Position numbers and translations under genes: made by a program. Shown in pieces: positions 10,154-19,591 of a stretch of 64,000 nt of DNA. This DNA comes from an uncultured Acidobacteriota bacterium (lineage in GTDB: Bacteria; Acidobacteriota; Thermoanaerobaculia; UBA5066; Gp7-AA6). Positions within the stretch are counted from its first letter, which is position 1, and each line of letters starts with the position of its first letter. Under the pieces are notes generated by a model. It did not search any database. It was not told where the DNA came from and saw only the letters and a list, made by a program, of their open reading frames with translations. The stretch spans positions 512,001-576,000 of the forward strand of contig CAVXTP010000022.1 of the NCBI GenBank assembly GCA_963764715.1. Reading direction: 5' to 3'.

Positions 10154-10645
10154 CTAGGCCGGCGTCCGCCGCCGCGGCGGCGGCGTCGGAGCGTCCTCGA
10201 GGTCCGAGGCGGCCCCGTCGCGGAGCTGGCGGCGCCGCCGCTGCATCATGGCCCGCGCGTTCTCCCGCATCCGGACGAGCTTCTCCCGCTGCTCGGGCGT
10301 GAGGACCGCCTTCATGTCGAGCTCCATCAGGGCGAGCTCCTTCTGCAGCGCCGCGCGGGATTGCTCCCGGGCCTCGATCTTCGCCTCGAGGGCCTTCCGG
10401 TCGACGTCGTCGCCCTGCATCGCCTGGTCGTAGTCGAACTGCTTCTTCTCGAAGTCCGCCCGCAGGTCGATGAGCTTCGGCTTGGCGGCGGCGAAGATCT
10501 TCTCGAGCTTCTCGCCCTGCTCGGGCGTCAGCGCGAGCTCCTGCGCGATCCGCGGACGCTTCCACCATTTCCCTTCGGCGACGCCCTGCGCCCGCAGCGC
10601 CGCGGCGGCGAGGAGCAGGAGCGCGACGCACGCGGTCCGCCTCAC
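10154..10645 (-). CDS. Periplasmic Spy/CpxP-like (LTXXQ) protein
   Basis: Signal peptide; LALTPEQ and VLTPEQREKL motifs; downstream of the ECF sigma/anti-sigma pair. Confidence 0.75.
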   Translation of the reverse strand: MRRTACVALLLLAAAALRAQGVAEGKWWKRPRIAQELALTPEQGEKLEKIFAAAKPKLIDLRADFEKKQFDYDQAMQGDDVDRKALEAKIEAREQSRAALQKELALMELDMKAVLTPEQREKLVRMRENARAMMQRRRRQLRDGAASDLEDAPTPPPRRRTPA

Positions 10646-11130
10646 AGGCTCTCCTCGAGCGCCAGGTCCGGCTCGTCCCCGCCCTGCGCGATGAACTCCG
10701 TGTCCCGCAGGAGGGCGTCGTCATCGCGGTCCGCCGCCGACGCGAAGCCCATGTCCGCGGAGGCTCCGGAGGCGGCCGGGGCCGGGCGCGAGCGCCGCGC
10801 CGGCATCGCGAGCGCGACGAGCAGGACGACCGCGGCGGCGCCGGCGATCCAGCGGACGGAAGCCCCCGCCCGGCGAGGGCGCGCGCGGCGGACCGCCGAC
10901 ATCGTGGCCTCGCGCGCCGCGGCCCACTCCTCTTCCGGCCGGTCGTCGATCGCCGCGACGTCTTCCCGCGCGAGCTCGCGCATCGCTCCGCGCCACTCCT
11001 GCAGCGCCCGGGCGCACGCCTCGCAGCGCGACAGGTGCTGCGGCAGCGGCTGCGGCTCCCCCGACGCCGGGGCGGCGAGCCCGAAGAGCTCGGCGTCGGT
11101 CAGGTGCGGCCCGGGTCCCCTCGTTTCCAT
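10642..11130 (-). CDS. Putative zinc-finger anti-sigma factor
   Basis: HLSRCEAC (Hx3Cx2C) followed by a single TM helix; adjacent to the ECF sigma gene. Confidence 0.75.
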   Translation of the reverse strand: METRGPGPHLTDAELFGLAAPASGEPQPLPQHLSRCEACARALQEWRGAMRELAREDVAAIDDRPEEEWAAAREATMSAVRRARPRRAGASVRWIAGAAAVVLLVALAMPARRSRPAPAASGASADMGFASAADRDDDALLRDTEFIAQGGDEPDLALEESL

Positions 11131-11136
11131 CGTTCC

Positions 11137-11736
11137 CTACTCCCGGAAGTCCGAGAGCCGCTCCCGCATCTTCTGGGCGGCCCGGAAGAGATGGGACTTG
11201 ATCGTTCCCGCGTCGAGGCCGGTGACCTCGGCGATGTCCGGGATCGACATTTCCTCGAAGTGTTTCATCATGAAGATCGAGCGCTGGCGCGGCGAGAGAG
11301 CCTCCATGGCGAGGCGCATTCTCTCGCGGATCTCCCGTCCGGCGGTCCGCCGCTCCGCCGAGGGCTCGCGGCTGACGGCGAGCTCCTGCGGCCCCTCCGA
11401 CTCGTCGTCCCCGTCGCGCCGGGGGGCTTGATGGAAGTAGAGGACGAGACGGCGCCGCTTCAACCGGTCCTTGCACCAGTTGATGCAGATCCGCGTCAGC
11501 CACGTCTCGAACGTCGAGCCTTCGCGGAAGCTCTCGAGGCTCTGGTACGCGCGCAGGAAGCTCTCCTGCGCGGCACAGTCCGCCTCGCCGACGTCGCGCA
11601 GGAACCGGTACGCGATCCGCGTGACCTTCTTCTGGTACTGCCGCACGAAGTACTCGTAGAGCTCCGTCCGGCCGGCCAGGATTTCCCGGATCAGCTGCCC
11701 TTCGTCGACGGGGGCCGAGGTCTCGTGCGGAATCAT
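11137..11736 (-). CDS. ECF RNA polymerase sigma-70 factor
   Basis: AQESFLRAY...STFETWLTRICINWCKD (region 2) and IAEVTGLDAGTIKSHLFRA (region 4). Confidence 0.92.
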   Translation of the reverse strand: MIPHETSAPVDEGQLIREILAGRTELYEYFVRQYQKKVTRIAYRFLRDVGEADCAAQESFLRAYQSLESFREGSTFETWLTRICINWCKDRLKRRRLVLYFHQAPRRDGDDESEGPQELAVSREPSAERRTAGREIRERMRLAMEALSPRQRSIFMMKHFEEMSIPDIAEVTGLDAGTIKSHLFRAAQKMRERLSDFRE

Positions 11737-11759
11737 GGCCAGAGCCGGCACGAGCATTG

Positions 11760-11785
11760 GACGAGCGGGCAGACCGCCGGTTTAC
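11760..11785 (-). promoter_or_regulatory. Putative autoregulatory ECF promoter
   Basis: Minus strand reads GTAAAC-N16-CGTC just upstream of the sigma gene, matching the general ECF AAC...CGT architecture. Confidence 0.55.
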
Positions 11786-11867
11786 GCCCCCGCGCACCCG
11801 CGCGCGGCCCCCAACCGTCTCGCCGAGAGCGGTTTGCGGCCATGAGCGGCAAGGGTAACATCGGCCG

Positions 11868-12713
11868 GTGACCGTCCCGCAGGTGATCCTCGTCACGGGC
11901 TGCTCCTCCGGGATCGGCCGCGCGACGGCCCTCGAGGCGTCCCGGCGGGGCCACCGGGTCTTCGCCTCGGCCCGCAACCGCAGCGACCTCGCGGATCTCG
12001 AGCGGCGGGACAACCTCACGGCGCTCGCCCTCGACGTCACGGATCCGGCCTCCGTCCGCGCCGCCGTCGAGCTCGTCCTCGCCCGCGCGGGCCGGATCGA
12101 TGCCCTCGTCAACAACGCCGGCTACGCGCAGTACGGGGCGGTCGAGGAGGTGACGCCCGAGGAGTGGCGCGCCGTGTTCGAGGTCAACTTTTTCGGGCTG
12201 CTGGACGTGACGCGCGCCGTCCTGCCCGCGATGCGCGCCGCCCGACGCGGCACGATCGTGCTGATCTCCTCGCTCGGCGGCCGGGTCAGCGTTCCCTTCG
12301 CCTCCCCGTACTGCGCCTCGAAGCACGCGCTGGAGGCCGTCGCCGACGCCCTCCGCGTCGAAACGGCGCCCTTCGGCGTGCGCGTCGCGACCGTCGAGCC
12401 CGGGCCGATCGACACCCGTTTCGCCGACCGGGCGCGGTCGATCGTCGGTCCCCTGATCGCCCGGCCGGGGCCGTACCGGGCCTTCTACGCGAACGCCGAG
12501 CGCGCGATGGATGGCGACTTCCGCCGGGGCCACCTTCCGCCCGAGGCGGTCGCGCGCGTCGTGGTCGCCGCGATCGAGTCGCCGCGCCCGCGCCCGCGCT
12601 ACCGGGTGACCTGGCTCGCCCGCGTGCTCATCCTGATGAAGACGGTCCTCCCGGACCGCTGGCTCGACCGGGTCATGCGGTCCTCCCTGAAGCTCCCGGC
12701 CGGCCCCGGCTGA
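11868..12713 (+). CDS. Classical SDR oxidoreductase
   Basis: TGCSSGIG, NNAG and YCASK motifs. Confidence 0.88.
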   Translation: MTVPQVILVTGCSSGIGRATALEASRRGHRVFASARNRSDLADLERRDNLTALALDVTDPASVRAAVELVLARAGRIDALVNNAGYAQYGAVEEVTPEEWRAVFEVNFFGLLDVTRAVLPAMRAARRGTIVLISSLGGRVSVPFASPYCASKHALEAVADALRVETAPFGVRVATVEPGPIDTRFADRARSIVGPLIARPGPYRAFYANAERAMDGDFRRGHLPPEAVARVVVAAIESPRPRPRYRVTWLARVLILMKTVLPDRWLDRVMRSSLKLPAGPG

Positions 12714-12716
12714 GCG

Positions 12717-13889
12717 ATGCCCGTCCGGCGGACTCTCGCCTCGCGCGTCCCGATCAAGGTCTGGACCGACGACGTCGAAGCCTCGGCCGCGGCGCAGCTC
12801 GTCCGGACCGGCGCCCTGCCCTTCGTCTTCCGGCACGTCGCGGCGATGGCCGACACCCACTGGGGGATGGGCGCGACCGTCGGGAGCGTCATCGCCACGA
12901 AGGGCGCGATCTGCCCGGCGGCCGTCGGCGTGGACATCGGCTGCGGCATGGCGGCGGTCCGGACCTCGCTCGACGCTTCCGCCCTGGACGGGAAGCTCCC
13001 CCGCCTCCGCGCCTCGATCGAGCGGGGCATCCCGGTCGGGTTCCACCAGCGCTCGGAAGTCCACCCGCGGGCGGCGGCGCTTCTCCGGGCCGCGGAGAAC
13101 GCGGATCTCCCGGCGGTCGCCTCGGAGGCCGAGAAGAAGAAGGCCGCCCACCAGTGCGGGACGCTCGGCGGCGGCAACCATTTCATCGAGATCTGCGTGG
13201 GCGAGGACGATGCCCGCGTCTGGGTGCTCCTCCACTCGGGCTCGCGCAACATCGGCAAGGTGACCGCCGAGAGGCACATCGGACGGGCGAAGGGCGTCAT
13301 GAAGCGCCTCGCCGTCGACCTGCCGGACCCGGACCTCGCGTACTTCGCGACCGGGACGACGGAGTTCGACGACTACGTCCGGGACCTCCGCTGGTGTCAG
13401 GACTTCGCCCGCACGAACCGCGACATCATGGTCGAGGAGGTCCTCAAGGACCTGCGCCACGTCACCGGGCCCTTCGAGACCGAGCCCGCGATCAACTGTC
13501 ATCACAACTACGTCGCCTGGGAGCGCCACTTCGGCGAGGATGTCATGGTCACGCGCAAGGGGGCGATCCGGGCCCGGCGCGGCGACCTCGGCATCATTCC
13601 CGGCTCGATGGGCACCGGCTCCTTCATCGTCCGCGGGCTCGGCCAGCCGGACTCCTTCGACAGCGCCCCGCACGGCGCGGGCCGGAGGATGTCCCGCGGC
13701 GAGGCCCGCCGCCGCTTCACCCGCGAGGACCTCGCCGCGCAGACCGAGGGCGTCGAGTGCCGCAAGGACGCCGGCGTCATCGACGAGATCCCCGGGGCGT
13801 ACAAGCCGATCGGCGAGGTGATCGAGAACTCCTCCGACCTCGTCGAGGTCGTCGCGCGGCTCAAGCAAGTGGTGTGCGTCAAGGGGTGA
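12717..13889 (+). CDS. rtcB: RNA ligase RtcB family
   Basis: VGVDIGCG, GTLGGGNHF, LHSGSR, HHNY, PGSMG, HGAGR and DEIPGAYK motifs. Confidence 0.95.
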   Translation: MPVRRTLASRVPIKVWTDDVEASAAAQLVRTGALPFVFRHVAAMADTHWGMGATVGSVIATKGAICPAAVGVDIGCGMAAVRTSLDASALDGKLPRLRASIERGIPVGFHQRSEVHPRAAALLRAAENADLPAVASEAEKKKAAHQCGTLGGGNHFIEICVGEDDARVWVLLHSGSRNIGKVTAERHIGRAKGVMKRLAVDLPDPDLAYFATGTTEFDDYVRDLRWCQDFARTNRDIMVEEVLKDLRHVTGPFETEPAINCHHNYVAWERHFGEDVMVTRKGAIRARRGDLGIIPGSMGTGSFIVRGLGQPDSFDSAPHGAGRRMSRGEARRRFTREDLAAQTEGVECRKDAGVIDEIPGAYKPIGEVIENSSDLVEVVARLKQVVCVKG

Positions 13890-13954
13890 TGCGCCGATGC
13901 TCCGCGCCCGGCCGCCGCTCGAGCGGCCAGATCGAGAAGTCCGCGCTCGAGAAT

Positions 13955-14031
13955 TGGTGGGACCGGCCGGAGTCGAACCGGCGACCTAGAGTTTAGGAAA
14001 CTCTTGCTCTATCCAACTGAGCTACGGCCCC
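13955..14031 (-). tRNA. tRNA-Arg (anticodon CCT)
   Basis: GGGGCCGTAGCTCAGTTGGATAGAGCAAGAGTTTCCTAAACTCTAGGTCGCCGGTTCGACTCCGGCCGGTCCCACCA folds as a cloverleaf with encoded CCA. Confidence 0.96.
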
Positions 14032-14131
14032 TCCGCTTCATGATCCCACAGGCCGAACGCGGATCGCAGACGGGCCGCGCCGGGTCGAGAGCGCCGCGGC
14101 CGCCATCGCGAACCGCCGCATGGCGGGGACT

Positions 14132-15826
14132 CTACCGCGCCGTGCGGATCCGGCCGGTGAACTCGCGGGCGGGCTCGGAGGCGGGCCGGTCGGTGGGCAC
14201 GCCGAGATAGAAGCCCTGGCCGTAAGGAATGCCGAGGGCACGGCACTCCTCGAGGTCCTCCGGGGTCTCGATCCCTTCCGCCACGCACACGGCGTCGATC
14301 CGGCCGGAGAGGTTGACGAGCATCTCGACGACGTCGCGCTTGATCGAGTCGGTCCGGAGGCCCGTGACGAGGGTGTTGGCCACCTTGATGAAGTCGGGCT
14401 TGAGCTCGGCGATGGCCTGGAGCGAGGCGTAGCCCGAGCCGGCGTCGTCGATCGCGATGCGGAACCCGAGCTCGCGCAGCCGCGCCAGGGCACTGCGGAA
14501 GACGGCGACGTCCCGGATCGCGGAACGCTCGGTGACCTCGAGGACGATCGAGTGCTTCTGGGCGAAGAGCGGGGGGACGGCCTGGGGGCCGTTCTTCGAC
14601 AGGGTCGCGATCGTGTCGGCCTCGATGTTGATGAAGAGGTTCCCGGGGCTCGCGGGCGAGTAGTTCGAGGCCGAGGACGCGAGGCAGAGCTGCTCGAGCT
14701 CCCACACCGACTCGTTCTCGCCGGCGAACTGGAAGAGGAGCTCCGGGCTCTCGAAGGCGGTGTCCGCCGGGCCGCGGGTCAGGGCCTCGTGGCCGAAGAC
14801 CTCGAGCTTCTCGAGCTGGAAGATGGGCTGGTAGACCGTCCGGATCCGGCCCCGGCGGAGGATGTCGCCGAAGCTCTCCCGCAGGAGGCTCTGGCGCTCC
14901 TCCTCCTTGGTCGTCGCCACGGCGATGGCCTGGCGGAGCCCCTTGTAGACGAGGCGCTCGACCCGCATCTGCGGGTTCGGCCGCAGGAGCGCATGCCCCA
15001 CGAACACGCCGATGCGCTTGTGGATGCGGGCCCCGAAGGCCTCGTCGAGCGAGCCGCGCAGCGATTCCTCGACCTGGCGGGCCTTGCGCTGGAGCCGCGT
15101 GGAGGCGTCCTCGCCCGGCTCGAGGCTCGCGAAGACGTAGAAGTCGGAGCCGCCCGCGCGGTTGACCGCGACGAAGTCCTCGGTCGCGAACACCGTCCCG
15201 ACCATCCGCCGGAGGGTCCGCGCGGTGTGCTTCAGGAGGCCGTCGAAGACCTCCCATCCGTAAGCCTCCTCGATGTGGCTGTACTGCTCGACGTCGATGT
15301 ACAGGACCCCCATCTCCCGGTTGTCGAGCAGCCGGTCGCGCAGGGCGTCGATGATCACCGGGACGGTCGGAAGCTCCGTCACCGCGTCGAAGAGCAGGTT
15401 GTGAAAGCGGACCTCTTCGTTCTCCGAGCCGAGGAAGGACGGCGGGGTCTCGCGCTTCTCGTCGAGGAGCCGCCGCACCGTCGTCAGGAGCTTCTTCCGG
15501 GTGAAGGGCTTGGTGATGTAGTCGTCGGCCCCGACCTGCATGCCCGTGATGAGGTCGCGGATCTCGCTCTTGACCGTCAGCATCGCGATCGGGATCTGGC
15601 GGGTCTCCGGCGCGCTCTTGAGGGTCGTGCAGACCTCCCAGCCCGAGAGCTCCGGCATCATCACGTCGAGGAGGATCAGGTCGGGCTGGCCGTCGATCGC
15701 CTTCTCGACAGCCTCGCGGCCGTTGCGCGCCAGCACCGCCGTATATCCGGCGTTGTCGAGGATTGTCTGAACGATGAGAAGGACGTCTTCGTCATCGTCG
15801 ACGATGAGGATTCGCTCGGCAGCCAT
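14132..15826 (-). CDS. Response regulator receiver + degenerate GGDEF + EAL c-di-GMP phosphodiesterase
   Basis: ILIVDDD and LLDVMMP (REC); RAGGSDF (degenerate GGDEF); HEALTR, EVTE, IDDAGSGY and AEGIET (EAL). Confidence 0.88.
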   Translation of the reverse strand: MAAERILIVDDDEDVLLIVQTILDNAGYTAVLARNGREAVEKAIDGQPDLILLDVMMPELSGWEVCTTLKSAPETRQIPIAMLTVKSEIRDLITGMQVGADDYITKPFTRKKLLTTVRRLLDEKRETPPSFLGSENEEVRFHNLLFDAVTELPTVPVIIDALRDRLLDNREMGVLYIDVEQYSHIEEAYGWEVFDGLLKHTARTLRRMVGTVFATEDFVAVNRAGGSDFYVFASLEPGEDASTRLQRKARQVEESLRGSLDEAFGARIHKRIGVFVGHALLRPNPQMRVERLVYKGLRQAIAVATTKEEERQSLLRESFGDILRRGRIRTVYQPIFQLEKLEVFGHEALTRGPADTAFESPELLFQFAGENESVWELEQLCLASSASNYSPASPGNLFINIEADTIATLSKNGPQAVPPLFAQKHSIVLEVTERSAIRDVAVFRSALARLRELGFRIAIDDAGSGYASLQAIAELKPDFIKVANTLVTGLRTDSIKRDVVEMLVNLSGRIDAVCVAEGIETPEDLEECRALGIPYGQGFYLGVPTDRPASEPAREFTGRIRTAR

Positions 15827-15844
15827 CTTGGAGGAGTGCGCGAA

Positions 15845-16360
15845 TTATAGCATCAGCACCGCGTGCAGCGGGTGGTGGCCGAGCTTCGCGCGGCCCTCCA
15901 GCGCGACGAGCTCGATGAAGACGCTGACGCCGATCACTCTCCCGCGGAGCTTCTCGACGAGATCGGCCGCGGCCTTCGCCGTCCCGCCGGTCGCCAGCAC
16001 GTCGTCGACGACGAGGATCCGTTCTCCGGGAGCGAAAGCGTCGGCGTGGACCTCGAGGCTGTCCTTGCCGTACTCGAGCCCGTACGAGACGCGCTCGGCC
16101 TTGCGCGGGAGCTTCCCGGGCTTGCGCGCGGGGACGATCCCCACGCCGAGCTCCCGCGCGAGCGCGGTCCCGAAGAGAAAGCCGCGCGCCTCGATGCCGA
16201 GGATCTTGTCGGGCGGCGAAGCGCGGAAGGGCTCCGCCATCGCCCGCGCCGCGTCGCCGAACGCCTGCGCCGACGCGAGCAGCGGCGTGACGTCGCGGAA
16301 CAGGATCCCGGGCGCGGGAAAGTCGGGCACGTCGTGGATGAACGCGCGGAAGTCCGTCAT
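15845..16360 (-). CDS. apt: Adenine phosphoribosyltransferase
   Basis: PDFPAPGILFRD, EARGF, RKPGKLP, LEYG and VDDVLATGGT motifs. Confidence 0.95.
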   Translation of the reverse strand: MTDFRAFIHDVPDFPAPGILFRDVTPLLASAQAFGDAARAMAEPFRASPPDKILGIEARGFLFGTALARELGVGIVPARKPGKLPRKAERVSYGLEYGKDSLEVHADAFAPGERILVVDDVLATGGTAKAAADLVEKLRGRVIGVSVFIELVALEGRAKLGHHPLHAVLML

Positions 16361-16626
16361 CGCGTGATCTCGAACCGGGAGAAACCCTGGGGCGGCTCCT
16401 CGGCGACCTCGATCCGGTCGACGCGCGAGGAGACCGGCCCGCGCTTGAGGCGCTCGAGGAAGGTCTCGAGCGCCGCGTCGTCGCCCTCGGCGAGGGCCTC
16501 GACGGAGCCGTCCGGCCGGTTGCGCACCCAGCCGCGGACACCGAGCTCCCGCGCGGCGCGCTCGGCGAAGAACCGGAAGCCGACGCCCTGCACGCGCCCC
16601 TGGACGATCGCCCTCCGGGCCGTCAC
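16357..16626 (-). CDS. acyP: Acylphosphatase
   Basis: GRVQGVGFR...GWVRNRPDGSVE; this is the C-terminal end of the long 1093-aa track ORF. Confidence 0.93.
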   Translation of the reverse strand: MTARRAIVQGRVQGVGFRFFAERAARELGVRGWVRNRPDGSVEALAEGDDAALETFLERLKRGPVSSRVDRIEVAEEPPQGFSRFEITR

Positions 16627-17300
16627 GCGGGCGTTCCCGCGAACCGGCCCAGCAGCGGAACGAACGTCACGTCCTCGCCCTCCTCCTGCGCGAAGTCGGT
16701 CTTGCGCCGGCGGATGACGCGCAGCCGCTGCTTGCCGGCCGGCCCGATCGGCACGACCAGGCGCCCTCCCATCGCGAGCTGCGCGAGCAGGGGCTCCGGG
16801 ACGGTCTCGGTCCCGGCCGTGACGATGATCCGGTCGTAGGGCGCGGCGGCGGGATAACCGTAGGTCCCGTCGAAGGCCTTGATGGAGACGTTGTGGTACC
16901 CGAGCGAGGCCAGGAGGGCCGAGGCGCCGCGGGCGAGCTCGTCGATCCGCTCCAGCGAGTAGACGCTGCGGGCGAGACGCCCCAGGACGGCCGTCTGGTA
17001 GCCCGAGCCCGATCCGATCTCGAGGACCTTGTGCTCGGGAGAGACGCCGAGCCTTTGGGTCATCACGCCGACGACGTAGGGCTGGGAGATCGTCTGGCCG
17101 AAGCCGATCGGCAGCGAGTGGTCGCCGTAGGCCCGGGAGCGCAGCGGCGCCGGCACGAACAGGTGGCGCGGGACGTCCTGCATCGCGGCGAGCACCTTCG
17201 GATCGTCGACACCGCGCGTCGCCACGAACCGGGTGACCATCTCGCGCCGCTGGGCGTCTTCCCGGCCGGCGGCCGGGTCGCGGGCGTCGCGCGAGGGCAT
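16623..17300 (-). CDS. pcm: Protein-L-isoaspartate O-methyltransferase
   Basis: VPRHLFV, GQTISQPY, VLEIGSGSGYQ and APYDRIIVTA motifs. Confidence 0.93.
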   Translation of the reverse strand: MPSRDARDPAAGREDAQRREMVTRFVATRGVDDPKVLAAMQDVPRHLFVPAPLRSRAYGDHSLPIGFGQTISQPYVVGVMTQRLGVSPEHKVLEIGSGSGYQTAVLGRLARSVYSLERIDELARGASALLASLGYHNVSIKAFDGTYGYPAAAPYDRIIVTAGTETVPEPLLAQLAMGGRLVVPIGPAGKQRLRVIRRRKTDFAQEEGEDVTFVPLLGRFAGTPA

Positions 17301-17424
17301 TGCCCGCATGATAGCAGGGCGGCCTGGAATCCGGCGCGCGCTCCGTGCGTTCCGGCTCCCTGGCGGAACGGTAGAATGGTCGGCCGATTCGACCGGGTTC
17401 TGATTCGAAGCGTTTCGCTGGAGG

Positions 17425-19491
17425 ATGGGTTTGGCAAGTTCGCAGGAGGTGGCCGAGACCGGCCGTGAGACCCGCATCGCCGGGGTTTCCCGGGAAGAAG
17501 TCCGGAAGTGGTACGGCCTCATGCACCTCGCGCGGGTGCTCGACGACAAGGCTCCCAACTACCTCAAGCAGGGGCTCGGCTGGAGCTACCACGCGCCGTG
17601 CGCGGGACACGACGCGATCCAGCTCGCCCTCGGGATGACGTTCCGGCCCGGCCGGGACTACCTCTTCCCCTACTACCGCGACCTCGCCACCTGTGTCGCC
17701 GCCGGGATGACCGCGGAGGAGATCCTGTTGAACGGCATGTCCAAGGCGGACGACGTCGCCTCGGGCGGCCGGCACATGTCGAACCACTTCGCCAAGCCCT
17801 CGATCGGCATCCAGAACGTCTCCTCCTGCGTCTCCAACCACTCCCAGCATTCCGCGGGCCTCGCCCGGGCGATCAAGACGTACCGGAAGGACGCGATCGT
17901 CTTCTGCTCGGTCGGCGAGTCGTCGACGTCCGAGGGCTACTTCTACGAGGCCGTCAACGGCGCCTCGCGCGAGAAGCTCCCGGTCGTCTTCGTCGTCCAG
18001 GACAACTCCTACGGAATCTCGGTCCCGAAGTCGGACCAGACGGCGAACCTCTATGCCTCCGACAACTTCGCGGGCTTCAAGAACCTCAAGATCATCCACT
18101 GCGACGGCCTCGACGTCTTCGACTCCTTCCGCGCGATGCGGGAGGCCATCGCGTTCGTGCGCTCGGGCGCCGGCGCCGCCATCGTCCACGCGACCTGCGT
18201 GCGCATCCACTCGCACTCCAACTCGGACCGCCAGGAGCTCTACCGGACGCCGGAGGAGCTCGCCGAAGCGAAGGCGTCGGATCCGCTGCCCCGCTTCCGG
18301 CGGCTGCTCGTCGAGACGGGCCTCCTGCCCGAGGACGAGCTGCGGTCGATCGAGCAGCAGAACGAGCGGACGTACGAGGAGGCCGCCGACCGGGCGAAGG
18401 CCGCGCCGGACCCCGATCCCGCGACGATCCACGACTTCGTGGTCCCGGCGCCCTGGATGCCGGCGGCCTGGCCGGAGGGGATCCCCGACGGCTCGGGCGA
18501 GGAGATGACGCTCGTCCACGCGCTGAACGAGACGCTCAAGGAGGAGTTCCGGCACAACCCCGATACCTACATCTGGGGACAGGACGTCGCCTACCGCGAC
18601 AAGGGCGGCGTCTTCAACGTCACCAAGGGCATGCAGCCGGAGTTCGGCCCCGCCCGCGTCTTCAACGCGCCGATCGCCGAGGACCACATCATGGGCACGG
18701 CCGACGGGTTCTCGCGCCTCGACGACCGCATCCGGATCGTCGTCGAGGGCGCGGAGTTCGCGGACTATTTCTGGCCGGCAGCCGAGCAGATGATCGAGAT
18801 GTCCCACGAGTACTGGAGGACGAAGGGCCAGTTCGTCCCCAACGTGACCGTGCGCCTGCCCTCGGGCGGCTACATCGGCGGCGGCCTCTACCACTCGCAG
18901 AACCTGGAGGGCTGGCTCTCGACGCTGCCCGGAATCCGGATCGTCGTGCCGGCCTTCGCCGACGACGCCGCCGGACTCCTGCGCACGGCGATCCGCTCGC
19001 GCGGGATCACGCTCTACCTCGAGCCGAAGTTTCTCTACAACAACCCGATGGCGAAGGCGAAAGTCCCGAAGGAGTTCGCCGTGCCGTTCGGGAAGGCGCG
19101 CGTCCGGCGCGAGGGCGCCGACCTCACGATCGTGGCGTACGGGACGCCGGTCCACTTCGCCCTCGAGGCCGCGAAGGTCCTCGCAGCTGAGGGTCGGTCG
19201 GTCGAAGTCGTCGACCTGCGGTCCCTCGTGCCTCTCGACTGGGAGACCGTGCTGGCCTCGGTGCGCAAGACGAGCCGCGCGCTCGTCGCCCACGAGGACA
19301 AGGTCCACGGCGGCTTCGGCGGCGAGATCGCGGCCCAGATCCAGGAGCGCGCCTTCGAGTCGCTCGACGCCCCGGTCGGGCGGGTCGGGTCCGAGTTCAC
19401 GCCGGTCGGGTTCTCGAGAATCCTCGAGCGGGCCATCCTGCCGTCGAGCGACAAGGTGCTGGAGGCGGCGCGGAAGGTGCTGGCGTACTGA
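17425..19491 (+). CDS. 2-oxoacid (likely branched-chain) dehydrogenase E1, fused alpha+beta
   Basis: TPP motif GESSTSEG...QDNSYGIS and HSHSNSD; beta-half WGQDVA..GGVF, YHSQ, VDLRSLVPLD. Confidence 0.9.
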   Translation: MGLASSQEVAETGRETRIAGVSREEVRKWYGLMHLARVLDDKAPNYLKQGLGWSYHAPCAGHDAIQLALGMTFRPGRDYLFPYYRDLATCVAAGMTAEEILLNGMSKADDVASGGRHMSNHFAKPSIGIQNVSSCVSNHSQHSAGLARAIKTYRKDAIVFCSVGESSTSEGYFYEAVNGASREKLPVVFVVQDNSYGISVPKSDQTANLYASDNFAGFKNLKIIHCDGLDVFDSFRAMREAIAFVRSGAGAAIVHATCVRIHSHSNSDRQELYRTPEELAEAKASDPLPRFRRLLVETGLLPEDELRSIEQQNERTYEEAADRAKAAPDPDPATIHDFVVPAPWMPAAWPEGIPDGSGEEMTLVHALNETLKEEFRHNPDTYIWGQDVAYRDKGGVFNVTKGMQPEFGPARVFNAPIAEDHIMGTADGFSRLDDRIRIVVEGAEFADYFWPAAEQMIEMSHEYWRTKGQFVPNVTVRLPSGGYIGGGLYHSQNLEGWLSTLPGIRIVVPAFADDAAGLLRTAIRSRGITLYLEPKFLYNNPMAKAKVPKEFAVPFGKARVRREGADLTIVAYGTPVHFALEAAKVLAAEGRSVEVVDLRSLVPLDWETVLASVRKTSRALVAHEDKVHGGFGGEIAAQIQERAFESLDAPVGRVGSEFTPVGFSRILERAILPSSDKVLEAARKVLAY

Positions 19492-19498
19492 CCGGTTC

Positions 19499-19523
19499 GT
19501 AGGGGCGGCCCTTGCGGCCGCCC
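19499..19523 (+). repeat. Single GTAG-type REP
   Basis: GTAGGGGCGGCCCTTGCGGCCGCCC, identical to 9418-9442; starts 8 nt after the E1 stop. Confidence 0.85.
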
Positions 19524-19542
19524 TTCCCTGCCCCCTCCCTGT

Positions 19543-19556
19543 ATGACCGGCATCAT
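19543..19556. promoter_or_regulatory. Crp/Fnr-type box ATGACCGGCATCAT
   Basis: Palindrome centred 42.5 nt before the ATG at 19592; CACGAT -10-like element at 19579-19584. Confidence 0.72.
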
Positions 19557-19591
19557 GGCCGGCCCTGCGTCCCGGCGACACGATACGGGTC

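Noticed and set aside
14132-15826. Active diguanylate cyclase
   Set aside because: The signature reads GGSDF, not GG(D/E)EF; only the EAL domain looks intact. This is a common architecture.
17425-19491. Fused E1 alpha-beta without adjacent E2/E3 as a novelty
   Set aside because: Fused, stand-alone E1 genes are common in several bacterial phyla.
2641-19523. Repeats as a CRISPR array
   Set aside because: Copies are dispersed over 17 kb with no regular spacers and no cas genes; they fit REP elements.
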